Source: Tubulanus polymorphus
Taxonomy: Eukaryota; Animalia; Nemertea
DNA length: 64,000 bases
NCBI RefSeq assembly: GCF_964204645.1
Contig: NC_134025.1
Location: forward strand, 18,699,101-18,763,100
Direction: 5' to 3'
Part shown: piece by piece, positions 37,301-52,300 of the stretch
How positions within the stretch are numbered: the first letter of the stretch is position 1
Layout: each line of letters begins with the position of its first letter
Translations under genes and position numbers: made by a program
Notes under the pieces: generated by a model
Told to the model about the DNA's origin: nothing
Database searches by the model: none
Seen by the model: only the letters and a program-made list of their open reading frames with translations

Positions 37301-40300
37301 AGCTTACAACCTGTAGTCTGTACACACCCTCCTTGGCATTCAACAGACATTTCTCAAGACATGTTTGTCCAGACATCGCCACCCCACTTTTGAACATATT
37401 AGGGTGTCATGTCTGCACCATCAATTTTTAGACATTCACCATTTGTGAAAAATGTGCTCCTCCAGCTTTGCCAATGAAAAAGTTATCGTCTGAGGGTGTG
37501 GGTACTTAATGGGTACATATTCCATTCTTAATTATTCCATATTACATTCTTAATTAGTAACATTTCTCATAATTCTGGTGTTTTTTAGTGGTTGAATGAT
37601 GTCAACTCAAAGGTTATGCTTGCAAACGGGGACCCTGTTCCTATAATATTACTTGCTAATAAGGTAAGAATGAACTAATAGTTTGAAGTAGATTTATGCT
37701 ATGTTCATTGTCTATTTCATTATTTATTAGGGTTTTCTGTTATTTCACAGAAAACCCTATTGATATCCGCGTGATTATTATTATTATCATTTTCTTCCAC
37801 ACTATTTTTACTAAAAGAACAAAGGCTTTGTTACCTTGCCGCTGTTGTCGATACAATCCGTCTGACATCATTCAGCTCACTTCGATCTACAAATACCCCG
37901 TGCGTATTTTGAAGAATCATCATTAGAAAGGCACTGTCGGGCCGTAAACATCAAAAATTGAGCCCCATTCAAAGAGCCGACATGTTTTTCTAAGTCCTCT
38001 TTCCGAAATCTATCGCACGTTTCTTGTCACATCAATTATCAATTCAAGCACAAATTAACAAATTTATTACCCAAAGATTGCACATTCTGTCGCAGTTTTT
38101 AAAACTAATTTTAACAATAGCCCAATTTCCTCATCAAATCGTATTACCGATATACAGGAAATTTACTACTTAAGATTTTAAAAGCACTGTCGAGCCGTAA
38201 ACATCGACGAATCGACGTGTGTCACAACATCGTCGTTCCGGGGATCAGCTGCGAGTTTCACCTCATCATGAGAATCAATCGAGTACAAATTAATTTATTA
38301 CTACCAGTGATTTGGCTGCGGGCGTCATGCAGTTAGTTTAGCAATACCTATTTTTCTTTATCAAATTAACCGTGTATTTACTAAGATAAATCATAAGTGT
38401 ACCGGGGAGTCGTAGGCCTAAACGAAACACGCCGAAGAGATATAGCGGAGAAAAGCTGTTATGTCGACGAGGTATCAAAATAAAAGAATATATTACTTTA
38501 TTCGGCCACGGGCTTCAACCTCTATATCAATACCATCAATACTCTATATTTCCTACAGTACATACCGATCATTGTCAAATGCACAAGGTATTTACTAAAT
38601 ACAAGTATATAACACAATCCTTTCCGTATGCTGGACTCACACTTGACATTCGGAGTAAGCGTTCGCTGTGGGGGAAAGGGATCGTTCGCTGTGTCGCTTG
38701 AATGAAGTGTTTATCGAGTTTGACGCGGCTTTAGGCCTACCGGTACTGAGCTTACTGTCTCAAACAAACACAGTATAATTGTTGCGTTTATTAACGGACT
38801 CATTGGATTGAACTTCAAAACAAAATTTACGATATTTAGGTGGGTTGTTATTCAATAGGCCTACGACCAATCCATCCGGATGTTAGGCCTACGCATATAC
38901 ATAGGCCTACATAGGCTAGTAGCCTCTACTAGGTTAAGCGTTCGCTGTGGGGGAAAGGAGATCGTTCGCTGTGTCGCTTGAAGTGTTTATCGAGTTTTAC
39001 GCGACCTTAAGGCTTTAGTATGGTGGCTGATAAGGGCCACACGTATATGCAAATGAGGGCGACATTATGACAAAACGACAAAACTAAAATAACGAGACAA
39101 AACAATAATTTTGGTTTTGGTGCCCGCGACAATTCATTATTTTGGTTTTATCGCCCGCGACAATTCATTATTTTGGTTTTATCGCCCGCGACAATTCATT
39201 AATTCGGTTTTGTCACCCGCGACAAATCAATATTTTGGTTTTGTCGCCCGTGACAATTCAAGATTTTGGTTTTATCGCCCGCGACAATTCATTTTTTGGT
39301 TTTGTCGCCCGCGATAATTCATTATATTGGTTTTATCGCCCGCGACAATTGACTAATTTGGTTTTGTCACCTGCCACAAATCAATATTTTGGTTTTGTCG
39401 CCCACGACAATTCAATATTTTGGTTTTATCGCCCGCAACAATTCATTATTTTGGTTTTATCGCCCGCGACAATTCATTATTTTGGTTTTGTCGCACGGAA
39501 CAATTCATTATTTTGGTTTTATCGCCCGCAAAAATTTTTTTTTTGTTGCGGTTTTATCGCCTGCGACAATTCAATATTTTGGTTTTATCGCCTGCTACAA
39601 TTCAATATTTTGGTTTTATCGCCAGCGACAATTCAATATTTTGGTTTTATCTTAGGAACTGATGAATGTTAGACAGAATTAGCCGCATTAGAGTAATGCA
39701 ATTCTTTGCTTGATATACACTGCGTATAGGTTGGCTTTGTTATGACATTAGAATGCAAAGAATTGCATTACTCTAATGCGGCTAATTCTGTCTAACATTC
39801 ATCAGTTCCTAAGTCTATCCTCGGTATTACATCTAACCATGATCTATCTTACTTACTATCACTAAATGATTATCCAGAATGATGATTTATATGTCCGTGT
39901 TCCATGCTGTCGACTAGAGAATGCCATGGATTGCTAGTCAAATCCTTAGATTCAACAGTTAATCATTATCATTAATATGTAGGCCTTCGAAATCAAGAGG
40001 CATTTCGTCAGAATTCGAAATCCAAACAGGTATAAAAATAAATTGAATTGCTCTTGTGGCATATTTCCTATTCGTTACTATAGACAGCCGTCCCTGTAGT
40101 GACATAGTTCTTTTAATAGACGCAGTACCATGCATTCAGCAGAAGCAATGTATACACTAAACAGGTGTGCGAACATCTAAATTATCAATTCTAACTAGAT
40201 TGAAAAGATTTTTCCAATTTTGAAATAACCTAGCCTTATTGTATACTATTACCTATCATTTAGAGTAAAAAGTGGAAAATCTTTAAAAAAATGTTGATTA

Positions 40301-43300
40301 CCCTTTGAAGTACATGAACATATATGTTCAATATATGATTAAGCAATGCCTAAAAATGCTCAGAATGCATGACGATGAGACAAAAATTTCTGAGGGAGGA
40401 CTCCCAGAAACACATTAGAATATATCCTCGTCCATTCCTATTCCAAAATTCGACGATGATCATTGTGAAAGATTTGTGATGTGCTGATCTAACCGTGTGG
40501 GACATTATCTGTGGGTTTTTTATCCATGTTGACTTTTCTTAAACTGTATGTTTATAATACAAAGCCTAATATCATTCAAAACCACTGTTGAGATTTTTCT
40601 AAATTCACTGCCAAAATTTTTCTATTTTTTTTAAATAAAAACGGCCGACCGACCCACTGCCGACGTATGAGCTACGTATGTTTGAATTCAAGCGCGCATC
40701 GTGTGAAAACATGCCTTGACATGTGGCCTAATTTAAGTTTTCCAGGAAACTGGCAGTGTTCCAATAAGCTGCCATTCATTCTCATAGTGACTATATCAAA
40801 GCTGGTAACGTAAAAGCGCGCACATATTCAATGTACTGTTTCATTTTTAACACAGAGATGACGCTCTGGACGAAGTTTTAATTTCAGAATAATTCTCGAA
40901 ATCTACGTTATTAGACAAATTTCCCGTGCACTATGTAGATGATTTTTGCGATATTGTTTCCATGTAAAAAAGGTGATAAATTTGTTTTTTTTTTTGCCCA
41001 AAAAATTTTGCAAAAAAAATTACTACCTACCTACCGACTCATCCTGAAAAGTTGAGTCGGTGTTACGGCAAACAGACAATTATTTTGGGATGGCCTTATT
41101 TGAATATTTTTTTCATATTGTGAAACATATTTTTTTTTTAATATAAAATAGTTTCCCTGTCGCGCCTACCTGTACCCTACAAAATGTTGGACGTGGACCG
41201 TAACCAAATGTATATCTTTGGTCTTATTTGAATACAAAATAATTCTTTACGAAAGATAAAATACGATATAAACTTGTGGAACTTTGAAGTCACGAACAGA
41301 TTTTTCAAGCAATGCCCTACTTATTCCAAACAACCTCTAGCTTTCAAGGTAAACCACACTTTGCCCATGGGCAATTTGTTTTTGGTTGATTTTAAATTCT
41401 AAAACTTTCTTTATATATTATGCAGTTCTTGTGCGCCGCTTAATATAATTGAGGCTGTTCCTGTTAAAAAAACGAGCATCATTCATGTTTAGCCCAACTA
41501 CTTTTTTAAACATTCTGTCTTTCTTACTAGAAGCCTTTAATATTCCTTTGGTCATCCAAGGTTCGATTAATATGATTTCATTAGATTTTTTAAATTTGAT
41601 TGGAGATACTAAATTTATTGCTAATTGAATATTATTTATAATGAGATCGTATCCCTGCTCACTTAGTAGATTATCTAATTCTCTCCAGTCTTGTGATGTC
41701 AATTTTGTCTTAATTCTTTCAATGTTTTGATCAAATAGATCTCTATATTGTGATTGTTGAGATTCTTTTTAGAGGTGATTGAAACAAAACAAGGAAAATG
41801 GTCGGAAATTGGCAGTGTCATAATATAACTTTTGTATTGAAAAAAAATCAGGACTTAGATAATGTTATCTATTAGTGTTGCAGTTTCGTGAGTAACACGT
41901 GTTGGCCATTGCAGGCAAAAGGCTATGTTCAAAATTTAAGTCAAGGAATTGGGCAGTATGTTTATGTACAACATATTTAATTAAATCTAAATTTTGATCC
42001 ATGCCTAAAATTACCGATTTGTCCTCCACGTTCATTTTTTACAGCAAGGCTTCATGAATATTTAAAAAAACTCTAACTCATTTTTCCAGGAATTCTATAC
42101 ATTTCGCCAATAATGGTGTTCTTTCTTTTTTTGACGCCTTATAAAACGTTACCATTATGAAACCTAAACAATGTTAACCATTCAGCGTCATTTTACAAAC
42201 GACAACCGTAAATCGATGTGCAAAACGTCACAGGTTTATGTGTACACATACAAGCTATTTGGCAAAATATTATTGATAAAGATGTAGAATGGCTCCCTGT
42301 GATTATATAATGACCTCTATTTGAACGTCGAAATGTTATATTGCATTGAATATCATGATAAGTCGTATTGTAATAGTAAAGTATGTATGATTATATCAGC
42401 AGCGGCAGGCATAAATAGAAATGATAAGTAAATCGGATAATTCTGTTAAATGGCGGATGTATACACGATTTGGAAGTCTGATATAAAAGTCAGACCCTGA
42501 CATGGGGATGCTAGTGGAATGACAAAGCTATCTACGATCTGAGTAGGGCTAGCGTGAATTTCATCGGCGGCTACAAGCGGTCTATATAAAAACGTGTAAA
42601 CAAATAATTTCAATATTCAAATGTTTTAGAAAATATGTTCGATATTAGGAGTATGCAGGTTTCATGAGATTAGCAATTTATAATAGCATAGCTGTCATAT
42701 ACGGCTCCGCGTCCACTGATGGCATGTGTATAAGGTGACAATTCAATTCAATACTTTATTGATCCTTATTACATTGAAATTCCAGGATGAAATTCCCAAA
42801 TTCAATAAAGTTACAAATTTTAGAATAAGAAAATACAAAATACAAGACACATGGGTAATTCATACAGAATAACATGAATAAGTTATTTAAATGACGATGT
42901 CTACTTCAACCCAGATTCAAGTCTAAGATGCCGAGTGACAGCCAAACCGGGCCCCGGGACCGGGCCGCTGGCTACACGATATGCTCGAAGTCATGATGAA
43001 GCAGACATCAGAAGAGCTCTTTCTTTAACCATGGAGGCAATGAAGTTGCAGACCAGCTTAGAGCAAAAGTGAATCGAAGTCGGTGACAAGTTGACAATTT
43101 TTTTTTTAATTAGACCAGTCGAAGACTGTATCATCTACCCAATCGCCAAATCTCGTAATTCCCCAAATATCTTAAAACTTCGATTTCAAATTTGCAATTC
43201 CACATTAGCTTATCCCAGAAATTCTACATTTTTTCGCAGGCATCAAATAATTTATTAAAGTTAATTTTCTTGTTTATTGTTAACTCCAATAACACAGGAT

Positions 43301-46300
43301 TCAAAATAGCCTTCCTCAACCCTTGCAGTGCAGACTTATCAATACCCTATAGTGCTAGAGATAATTTGAAAATTTTAAAAAATTTCACCCTATTGTGTTG
43401 AATAACCGTAATACCACTATAGTGCGTATACACCGCGGCACGGTATATCGTTAGTTACTAATATTTCACTATGTTTGGCAGGTGCTGCCATATTTCAATA
43501 GAGATAAAAACTAACTACCAATTACATCAATACACCGCAATGCAGTGTACTAGCAAAATTCATAACCGATTCATACACCGCACTGCAGTGTAGATGCACT
43601 GAAAGGGTAAAAAAACTGAGATCCTCCCTGAATTTAAAGTCACTTATAATTCCAACCCCTCTTCTCTAGTTTTACTAAGCCTATGTTTTTCAATGAAGTT
43701 ATGTCCCGGAATTTTATACATTATCACAGTTTTGGTCATTTAGAAAGGTTCACATAGTAATAATACATCAATGTCATAATACCTACATTTACAGTTTTCT
43801 AGTAAACTTTTTATACCATTCATTTTAGAGGGAATACTATGAACATTGAGGTGGATTACATTCAAATCTTGCTTAGTGTTTTCATTTGATTTAAGGTCAA
43901 CTAAGACTATGATTGTGTGGGCAGGAATTATCCAGGGGTTTAAAATCAGTATCAAGCAAATCGTAAATATCCAGATTCTGCTGTTTAGATATTTAATCCA
44001 GTTTAGCTGAAAGGTCTGTATTACCTAGACACATAATTGAAAATGTATGCAGACCAATTAAGAATAAGGTATAAGCTGTGTGAAAGAGGATGTGAAATGA
44101 TAAATGAAATCCACGACGCATTACAGTAGTATATACACATAATAATGTTCAGTATAAGCTGTTGATCAATACAAAAAATATCAAATTATTTCGCCTTGCA
44201 TGTTGGTTATTTGCAATAATTTACATTTTAGATTCAGCGTATAGGATTACTTCAAGTCTGCAAAATTTGTCTTCATTTGCTCTAGTTCAGTAAGTAGTAA
44301 GTGTTAGATTTTTGGTTTACCTTTGTCGGCAGTATGAGGTTGGCATTAAGCCAATTCATGTAAAATCGTTTTCTTATGTGAGCATTTTTTTCATTGGTTC
44401 TCGGGTTAAACGACGTATAATCGATTCGATTGAAGACATGACGAACCTTCGTCGATGACATGGTCAACTTTGTTTATATTCGACGAATAACTGTTTTTGG
44501 CAGGAAAATTCTTAGCTCTTGCGTATAAAATTGCAATGACCTCGATTGGGGGGTGTCATCTCTAAGAGCGAATGTGATTGGCTGTTTTTGGGATACACCG
44601 GGAATTCTGGCGCTATTGAAATAATTATGGGAATTAATGGCGAACGTTTCATGGGACTAGGTGCCGTATATGTGCAGATTTGAAATGCTCATTGTTGGTG
44701 AGAATATAATTATTTCACATATCATAGGTATTGTTTCATTTTAATACCCAGTGATTGTGTTGACTGGGATTGAAGTGAAGCAAACGTTCACTACACAAGG
44801 CCTCCACGTGCGCGGGAGTGCTAAACATTAGACTGTTGCACACACAAACACACGCTCATACAGACAACTATATGGTGATGCTGTAACGCTGCTTGACGCG
44901 TGCACGTTTGGTATGATAACAGGGTAAATAATCGTTGTAGCAGAAGATGAGCGCTGTGTTTTCTGTTTGATAGAATTTGTAATAAATTGTAATTTCTTGT
45001 GACCTGAAAATACTAAGCAGCAATTTATAGGTAGAGGTCGAGGTCTGAATATTGTAGTGGTAAATTCCAGGATTTAATAACGATCTTATGCTACGCCCCG
45101 GTGTTTTAGCTTCCACCGCCATACATTGGAAGAGGTTTCGTTTCCAAGACTCAATATTCAGCCACCCTCTGATATGTGACATCATATGAACTTTATTTGA
45201 ATATTTTTAGGACGATGGTACGTAGTACGCGTACGATTACGTCCGTTTAACGCCACGTACGCGTCTGAAACTTTCACAGTCGCTTAACCATTACTGAGCG
45301 GAATATTTTCCCACGGACTATCCCTCGGTGCGGGTTTTTTTTCACCAAAAAATACCATAATAGACCTCTAATTTTCTAATACTGATATTGAAAGAATGAA
45401 TGAATGTTTAGTCACCAAACTCCACATGTATACATATATGACCTGTAAGAACCTTTTCACTGCAAAAAAATAGCCAAAAAATTGTGTTTGGTTACCATTG
45501 CAACCGATGACCTAATTTATGTGTCCGCTGCATGGAATCTGACATTCATTTGCTGAAAAACCAAGATTACTTAGTTCTCTGATGTGTCAGAAGGTGCAAC
45601 TGATAGTTTTCTCAAGCCTAATAATGTTTTCTATGAGTATCAATATGATTTGGTTGATTATCTGAATGAAAATGAAATATCTGGCCACTTTTTGAATCCA
45701 TGCCGCTGGTCGAAATTTGAAAAAAAGCATCATCTGACTCAAATTCCAAGATGTTCATAATTGTATGCAGTCCATCAAATATGATAACCAATAACCAATA
45801 TGATAAGCAATAAAAGGAGGTACTTCATGTATAACAGCAGCCAAAATATGGACATCCAGGTCCTGTTGCCAGGGAAACCAACAAGTATTTGAAAATTGAA
45901 AATGAAAATTTTATATGTAAAATTCAAATAAATTTTATATCTAAAATTCAAATTCAACATGTCAGGAGCAATCTACAGTGATGTATATAAAGAACAATAA
46001 AAGTCTCTTATTTCAAGTTTACTATTTCTGTCCCCCTGAGAATGCCTTCTGGGATGAAACTGGCTTTGCTTTTGGCTGCGCATAATCAACAAGCGAGTGA
46101 TATCTCATCATGCATTCTGGATGCATGGGGGGTTTGTCCCTGCAGGTCCCACAAACATACTGGGTCTCATTTCTATACTCCTTCCCCAGTTTTCTGTCAC
46201 TGCAAACCTTGCACTCGTTTGGTTGCCAAACTTCAGGGGGAAATGGGGATTCCCATCAAGGCGATCAACATTGTTCTTGGGATGAAGTCGAGGTCTACCA

Positions 46301-49300
46301 GCAGCGCGATTTTGATTTGGTTTTACAAGCGCATTTACAAGAGACAAGCGAAACTGTTTTGTTGTCATGACATCCCTCTCTTGTCTTTCAGCCTTATCTG
46401 TTTCATACAAGATGTATGAATTGACAATAGTGACCTCCAAATCATGGAAGAATATCTTCCGCCACCACTTGACTGATTTACGGTCAAACGGATAGTAACA
46501 ACAAAGTTGATCATTAGTGTCAACCCCTCCCATGTTCGCGTTGTAGTCTGTAATACAGATTGGTTTCTGCTTGGCTGGATTATTAGGTTTCTTTGACGGT
46601 ACACTGACCCACTTATCTGATCTGTGGCCATTGGTTATCATGGTGATAACTCTTTTGTCCTTCCACTGAACAACCAATATATCATCCTTTCGAAAAGCCA
46701 CAAGATCTCCAACTTTCATGCCTTTACTGGTTTTCAAAATTTTTGGCAGGCCTTTTCTATTAGGCATAATTGTTCCAGTCAAATTAAAACCCAGCTCAAT
46801 CAGTCTCTCGGCTAAATCGACAGACCAAAAGTAACGATCAGCAAATAACCAGTGTCCACAGTGAGCTAGTGGTGTTACCAAGTCAAGTACATGTTGTCCA
46901 GATTTACCGTATTCACCTGGATCCAGACCGCCATTATCGTCCTTCCCTACATACAAGTTTTGCTGCCACATATAAGATAAGTTGCTATCAGCTAATGTGA
47001 AGAGCTTGAGTCCCCACTTTATAGGTTTTTTAGGGCAATACTGGCGGAATGACACTCGGCCTTTGAATTTTACCATTGTCTCGTCAACAGCAATGGCCTC
47101 GCCCATTTCGTAAAGGGCTTGACTTTGAGCATTTATATGGTCGATCACCCACTTTATCTTGTACGATTTGGAAGGAATGTTTTGCCCATGTGGCAGCAGT
47201 TCAGCAACATGAAAGTGCCAGAACAGTAAATAGAACTCATCACGGCTCATAGATGAGTGGAAGAATGGTATGTTTATTCGGAAGTTACTTGAAAAATAAT
47301 CTGACAAACGTGGAAGTCTGATGATACCCATATTTATACACATACCCATCAGCGTTCTAATGTCATCCTTTGTTGGGGTTTTCCACTCTTTCAATCTTGA
47401 ATTCGGTTTCAAGTTCATTCTCGCAATTTTGTCATGAGTCACAGTATCAGTGTTCTGAGCAATGCGATTGATAATAGCATCTGACCAGAATAGGTTGAAA
47501 AAGTCGATTGGCTCTCTTCGCAGCATAGCCGGTAACTGGAAAAGATAAAATTTTATGTGATCAAGGGCCTGAATAAACAAATCAGAAATGAAATTATATA
47601 AATCCTTCATTTTCCATAAAAATCTAGGGAATTTTTATGCAAAATAAAATGAATTTATTCACGTGTGTGATCTCCCGAAATTTGTCGGAACATTTTTGTT
47701 TGAAAATAACCCACCCTGTAAACACCATATAAATCTAATTTTTACTTTAGAATTGCTCACCTTTGTACCTGGGTGTCCGACAAATGGTTCCTGTTGTGGA
47801 TATGTTGGATCATCTTCGCTTGAGACACACAACCAGTCACCATCATCAAATTTTGAGTCATTATTAGGGGGTGGGGGAAGATTTCGGCCCCCTATGCCAT
47901 CATCTGACTGGCCATCATTTGAGTTGTCCGGTTCAGAATCATCGGACTGTCCCTCTGATTCATCCAGCACCGTACTCTCGTCTTGAAAATATTCCGAATC
48001 GCTGTTATCTGACACGGCATTGTCATTATCGTCACTATCCAAAATTTGATCAATCACGTCAGCCACTTGGATTCGAGAAGGCCTGCGCGCCGCCATGTTG
48101 CGTATTATAGTATACTACGATAGTTGTAATGAAAGCTATGACAGTGCAGATCGATAATCTAATAATAGTCCTTATTTCTAACACGAGGCGGCAGTACTAT
48201 CTAGTGCTGAACTTGCGGTCCCGATTTCCCGACAATCGTCGGAGCCAGTACCTATTTTAAAAATGGATCCCCCCGACATTTTCGGTTTCAGCGCACTAAG
48301 GGTTAAATATGAAAAAAGGAAGGTTGAGTTCGTATATGGTGAATTTTTGTTGCTTGGTTAATTAAATATTGCCGAAATAAAAAAATTGAAATTCTGAAGT
48401 AGCGCCAACCCTGTCTAGAAGTAAAACTGTATTAGTCCGCGCTTAAAATAGTGCCACGCATACATTTTTGAAATAGCACTTTACATAGGCCTATTCCATG
48501 ATTTAGTTGTTTATTTCCGTATATAGATATCGGGATATTTATTTTGTTGTTTATTGCCCGAAATTTCCGTATTTTCTTGGTGTGTGTGTCAGCGGATTAA
48601 TTGAATGTTTACGCATTGATGATATGGACTTGGCGAGTACATGTGCTACATCGATTCAACATTAGCTGCTGTTGAATCGTACTCGTACTTCGAGCAACGC
48701 TGAAAACTATCTTACTATTACTAGTGAAATGATTAATCGTCATTAATTCTTTTGGACTTTCGCGTCAGCGATCCGTTTTTAGATCCCGATTATGTGTATC
48801 TAGTTTGCAGCACAGTGATGAGAGCGCGCGTCGATAACATTAGTTACAGTCCCGTAGGCAATATCGCCTTATATACGCAGCGATCACCGTGTATGTATCA
48901 GTAATAGATAATGCACGTTACGGAGCGGGTCGCACGTAGGCTACAATCCACACGCTCGTTATATCAAAAAGGTCTTGAATTAGCAGATGAAATATTATTC
49001 ACGATAACTTTTACTAGAAAAAATTCCTTTTGTGAAACCATTAAAACCTTTAAGTCGGTAACTTAATTTCGTCAGTAACTAGTTTTAATTTCGACTGTAG
49101 CCATATTAGTTTCATGTTCGGATATTTTCACAAATATCCAATCCGTTATAAAAGCTTTAACCACCAACGATTAGGTAACTTCTCGTCAGTAACCGGCCTA
49201 CACCCGCACCATAGTTGTTTTGTATCATTCTCCTAGATCTATCAAACATTTTCAAGTCAAAGATTCCCATAATCAATCTTTAAGATATCATGTAAGAATT

Positions 49301-52300
49301 CTAATAAGACTGCTGGTAAATATTCATTCTGTTCCACTTGGTCGATCGTTTGATTAGCTCCAGGGCCTAAGGGTACAGTTAGCAGTTGGCCTATGGTTCA
49401 GTCTGTGAACAGCTTCAAATAACTCTGTTAACAGATGGATATGAAGCTTGTACCCCATGGACTGCGTGGTCATTGGCCTATGTCATGGGTTTTTGGCGAT
49501 TGTGCCGAGAGCAGACTGTATCGGGTGGTCATGGTAAGTATAACTTTGATTAAACATGCACCGATGGCTAAAATGATACCTTCGTTTCTCAACCCCTCTA
49601 ATTGTATGTAAGGCAATATCAATCCAAACCGCCAACGATTTTGTTGATCGAGCTTACAATATTTCGAGCCTCGGGACCTTTTTCCCTCTAGTTTTCAAAC
49701 TTGCAGGGATGGTCTTATTTGACTACAAAATAATTCTTTAAGAAAGATAAAATACAATAGGCCTATAAACTTCTAGAACTTTGAAGTCACGAATTGAAAA
49801 GATTTTTCAAGCTATGCCATTACTCCAAACCTCTAGCTTTCAAGGTAAACCACACTTTGCCCATGGGCAATTTATTTTCCTCCACATTATGTAACCTCAT
49901 ATCATACCTAGTCAGCATATTATAAAATTAAGTGTTTTGAGCAGCAAGCTGTTTCTCAAAAGTTCTCGGCATTTCATTCTTAAACTTGTCCAGTGCAATT
50001 TCTGTTTGCACTATCATATTTTCCTTCAGGGATTCAATACTAGCAAGAACATCCTGAAGCGTTAATTTGCCATTTTCGCTAGCCAACGATACCTCTCTGA
50101 GGCTTTTCTTTGGGTATTAAGATTTGGATTGTTTTTCTGTAGTGTTTATCCCCTCAAATGCAGGGCTGTTCTCAACACCAATTACCACAGATATCTCAGT
50201 AGAATTTAAATCAGAGTCTGTTGGGCTTCCCAGTATTTCAGGATTATTCACAGCATAGCTTTTAATACTAGTTTGGCTCATAGTTGAAGTTTATACTTGA
50301 CAGTTCACAGATCACAATCACAATCAGACAGTCAATAAAGTCAAGTCAAATTCAGCTCACCTTCCAGTGCACATATTTGTTGACTTTCCGAGGTCCGGCA
50401 AACAGGACAAAACACAATATATATTTAACAGAACATAGGATGTTTATTTCTGCTTGACTATCACTACCACGTAGCATACAGTACACGTAGTATACAGAAT
50501 GCGGTTTTCAGTAATATACGAATTAGGTTACGGCAAACTAGCAATACGAATATGAACTAACTTCATCAACATCCCCCTTTCCTAAGTTATTATGACCCAT
50601 GCAAACTATCAAGATACAAATCTCTAATTCTAAATGCAAATTAATCAAATTCTTGTCTTCTTATCATAACACAATATCTAAAACAAAATACTAATATAAA
50701 TATAGCTGCAAAGCAGCGATAACGGGTTTTCTGCACAGTCTTTGAATCCTGTTCAATGGTTAATACAGTTTTATAAGAGGAAGCTCGACAAACAGTCAAT
50801 TAGACCTTCTTGAAACCATGGACAACTGAACCAGATGTCCTATTTGACTCTGGAAAATCGACTGTTAGGCGATAATTACTCTTTATGATTTCGACAAAGT
50901 ATTTAATAAGGTACAACATCAGCCATTACTAAACAAGGCTATTAGGAAACAGTATCAATGATAGGTTGCCGAAATGGCTCAGCATTATCTCTGAACGAAA
51001 AATTGTAGCCGAAATCAACGGAACGCTTCATCTTGGATTAAGTCGGCCTAACTAGTCGAGTCAAGCAAGGTAGTATCCTAAGTCGTCTTCTGTTTAATGT
51101 CCTGACAAATGACATACACAGTAATCCAAAATAAACCAGACAGAGTAAATTTCCAAAACGACCTTAACACGCTGTTCGACCAAAAAACTTAATAATCCGA
51201 CAAGAAAATCTTGTACGCTTTTTGTTTGAACCAAAACTTTTCTTCATTCTGAAAGCTATGTTATTGTTGAAATGAAAAACTTTTTGTCCCGGCAAAAAAA
51301 TTTGGTTGAGCATAAACAATTTTTTCGAACGAATGTTTGAATGAAAACAATTCTGTTCAAAATACTTAATACTTTTGGTTCGGAGAAAAAACTTTTTACA
51401 ATATACTTGTTCGAACGAAAAACTTAATGTTCTGAAAAGAAAATTCTGATCAAATTCAAACAATTCTGTTCAATCGAACAATTGTTCAAACAAAAAACCT
51501 TTCGTTTGGACAAAAAGTTTGTTCAACTTTGTTCTAACGTTTTTTTCGAATTGGTTCAATCGAACAGAATATTATTGGTTGGTACGAAACAAATTTTGTT
51601 CCGACAAAAGAATTTTCAAGCGAAAGGTCTTTTGAACGAAAAAAAAGATATTTCTTGGGCTCCGCAGTAACTTAAAGCCGGACGTAGGTCAGCCTTGTGA
51701 CGCGATGCGATCCTCGCGTTGCATCGCAAGTTTCGGTGCAAGTCGGTTGCGATACGATTGTCAGCGACTGTATGCGACTTCGTTCCGCCAGTTGCAAGAG
51801 CGGGTCGGTTGGTTGTGACAGTCGTGTCGCGTCGCAGAAAGTAGAACACGTGCGACTCCTTGTGACTGGCGTTGCTGAAAGTCGCAACCCGTCGCAAGGG
51901 AGCGTAGGTCGATGAGTCATTGCGACACAATCGACGCTGGCGGTCGCAGTGATAGGCGTCGCAGTGAATCACAAGCCGTCGCAAGGCCGACCTACGCCCT
52001 GCAATAAATCATAAGAAATTAATGATATACCAGTTACATTTATGATGAAAAAACTCAAATGAAAAGTCTGGCTTATAAAGCTGTCTGCTCAGACGAAATT
52101 TCCAAAAAAATCATCATTTTTGGCAATAAAATTGATAATTGTGATTGATCGTTGCAAGTCACAACCAGTTAATCACTAATTAACATGCATTTTAATAAAT
52201 CTTGATTCCTCCTTTACAGTGAACTTAGCTTTAACCTAGTAGAGGCTACAAGCCTATGTAGGCCTATGTATATGCGTAGGTCTAAAATCTGGACAGATTG

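Noticed and set aside
39108-39650. CRISPR-like regular ~30-bp repeats and repetitive ORFs (39111-39672)
   Set aside because: Units are contiguous with no unique spacers, there are no cas genes, and the context is eukaryotic. It is a minisatellite and the ORFs are artefacts.
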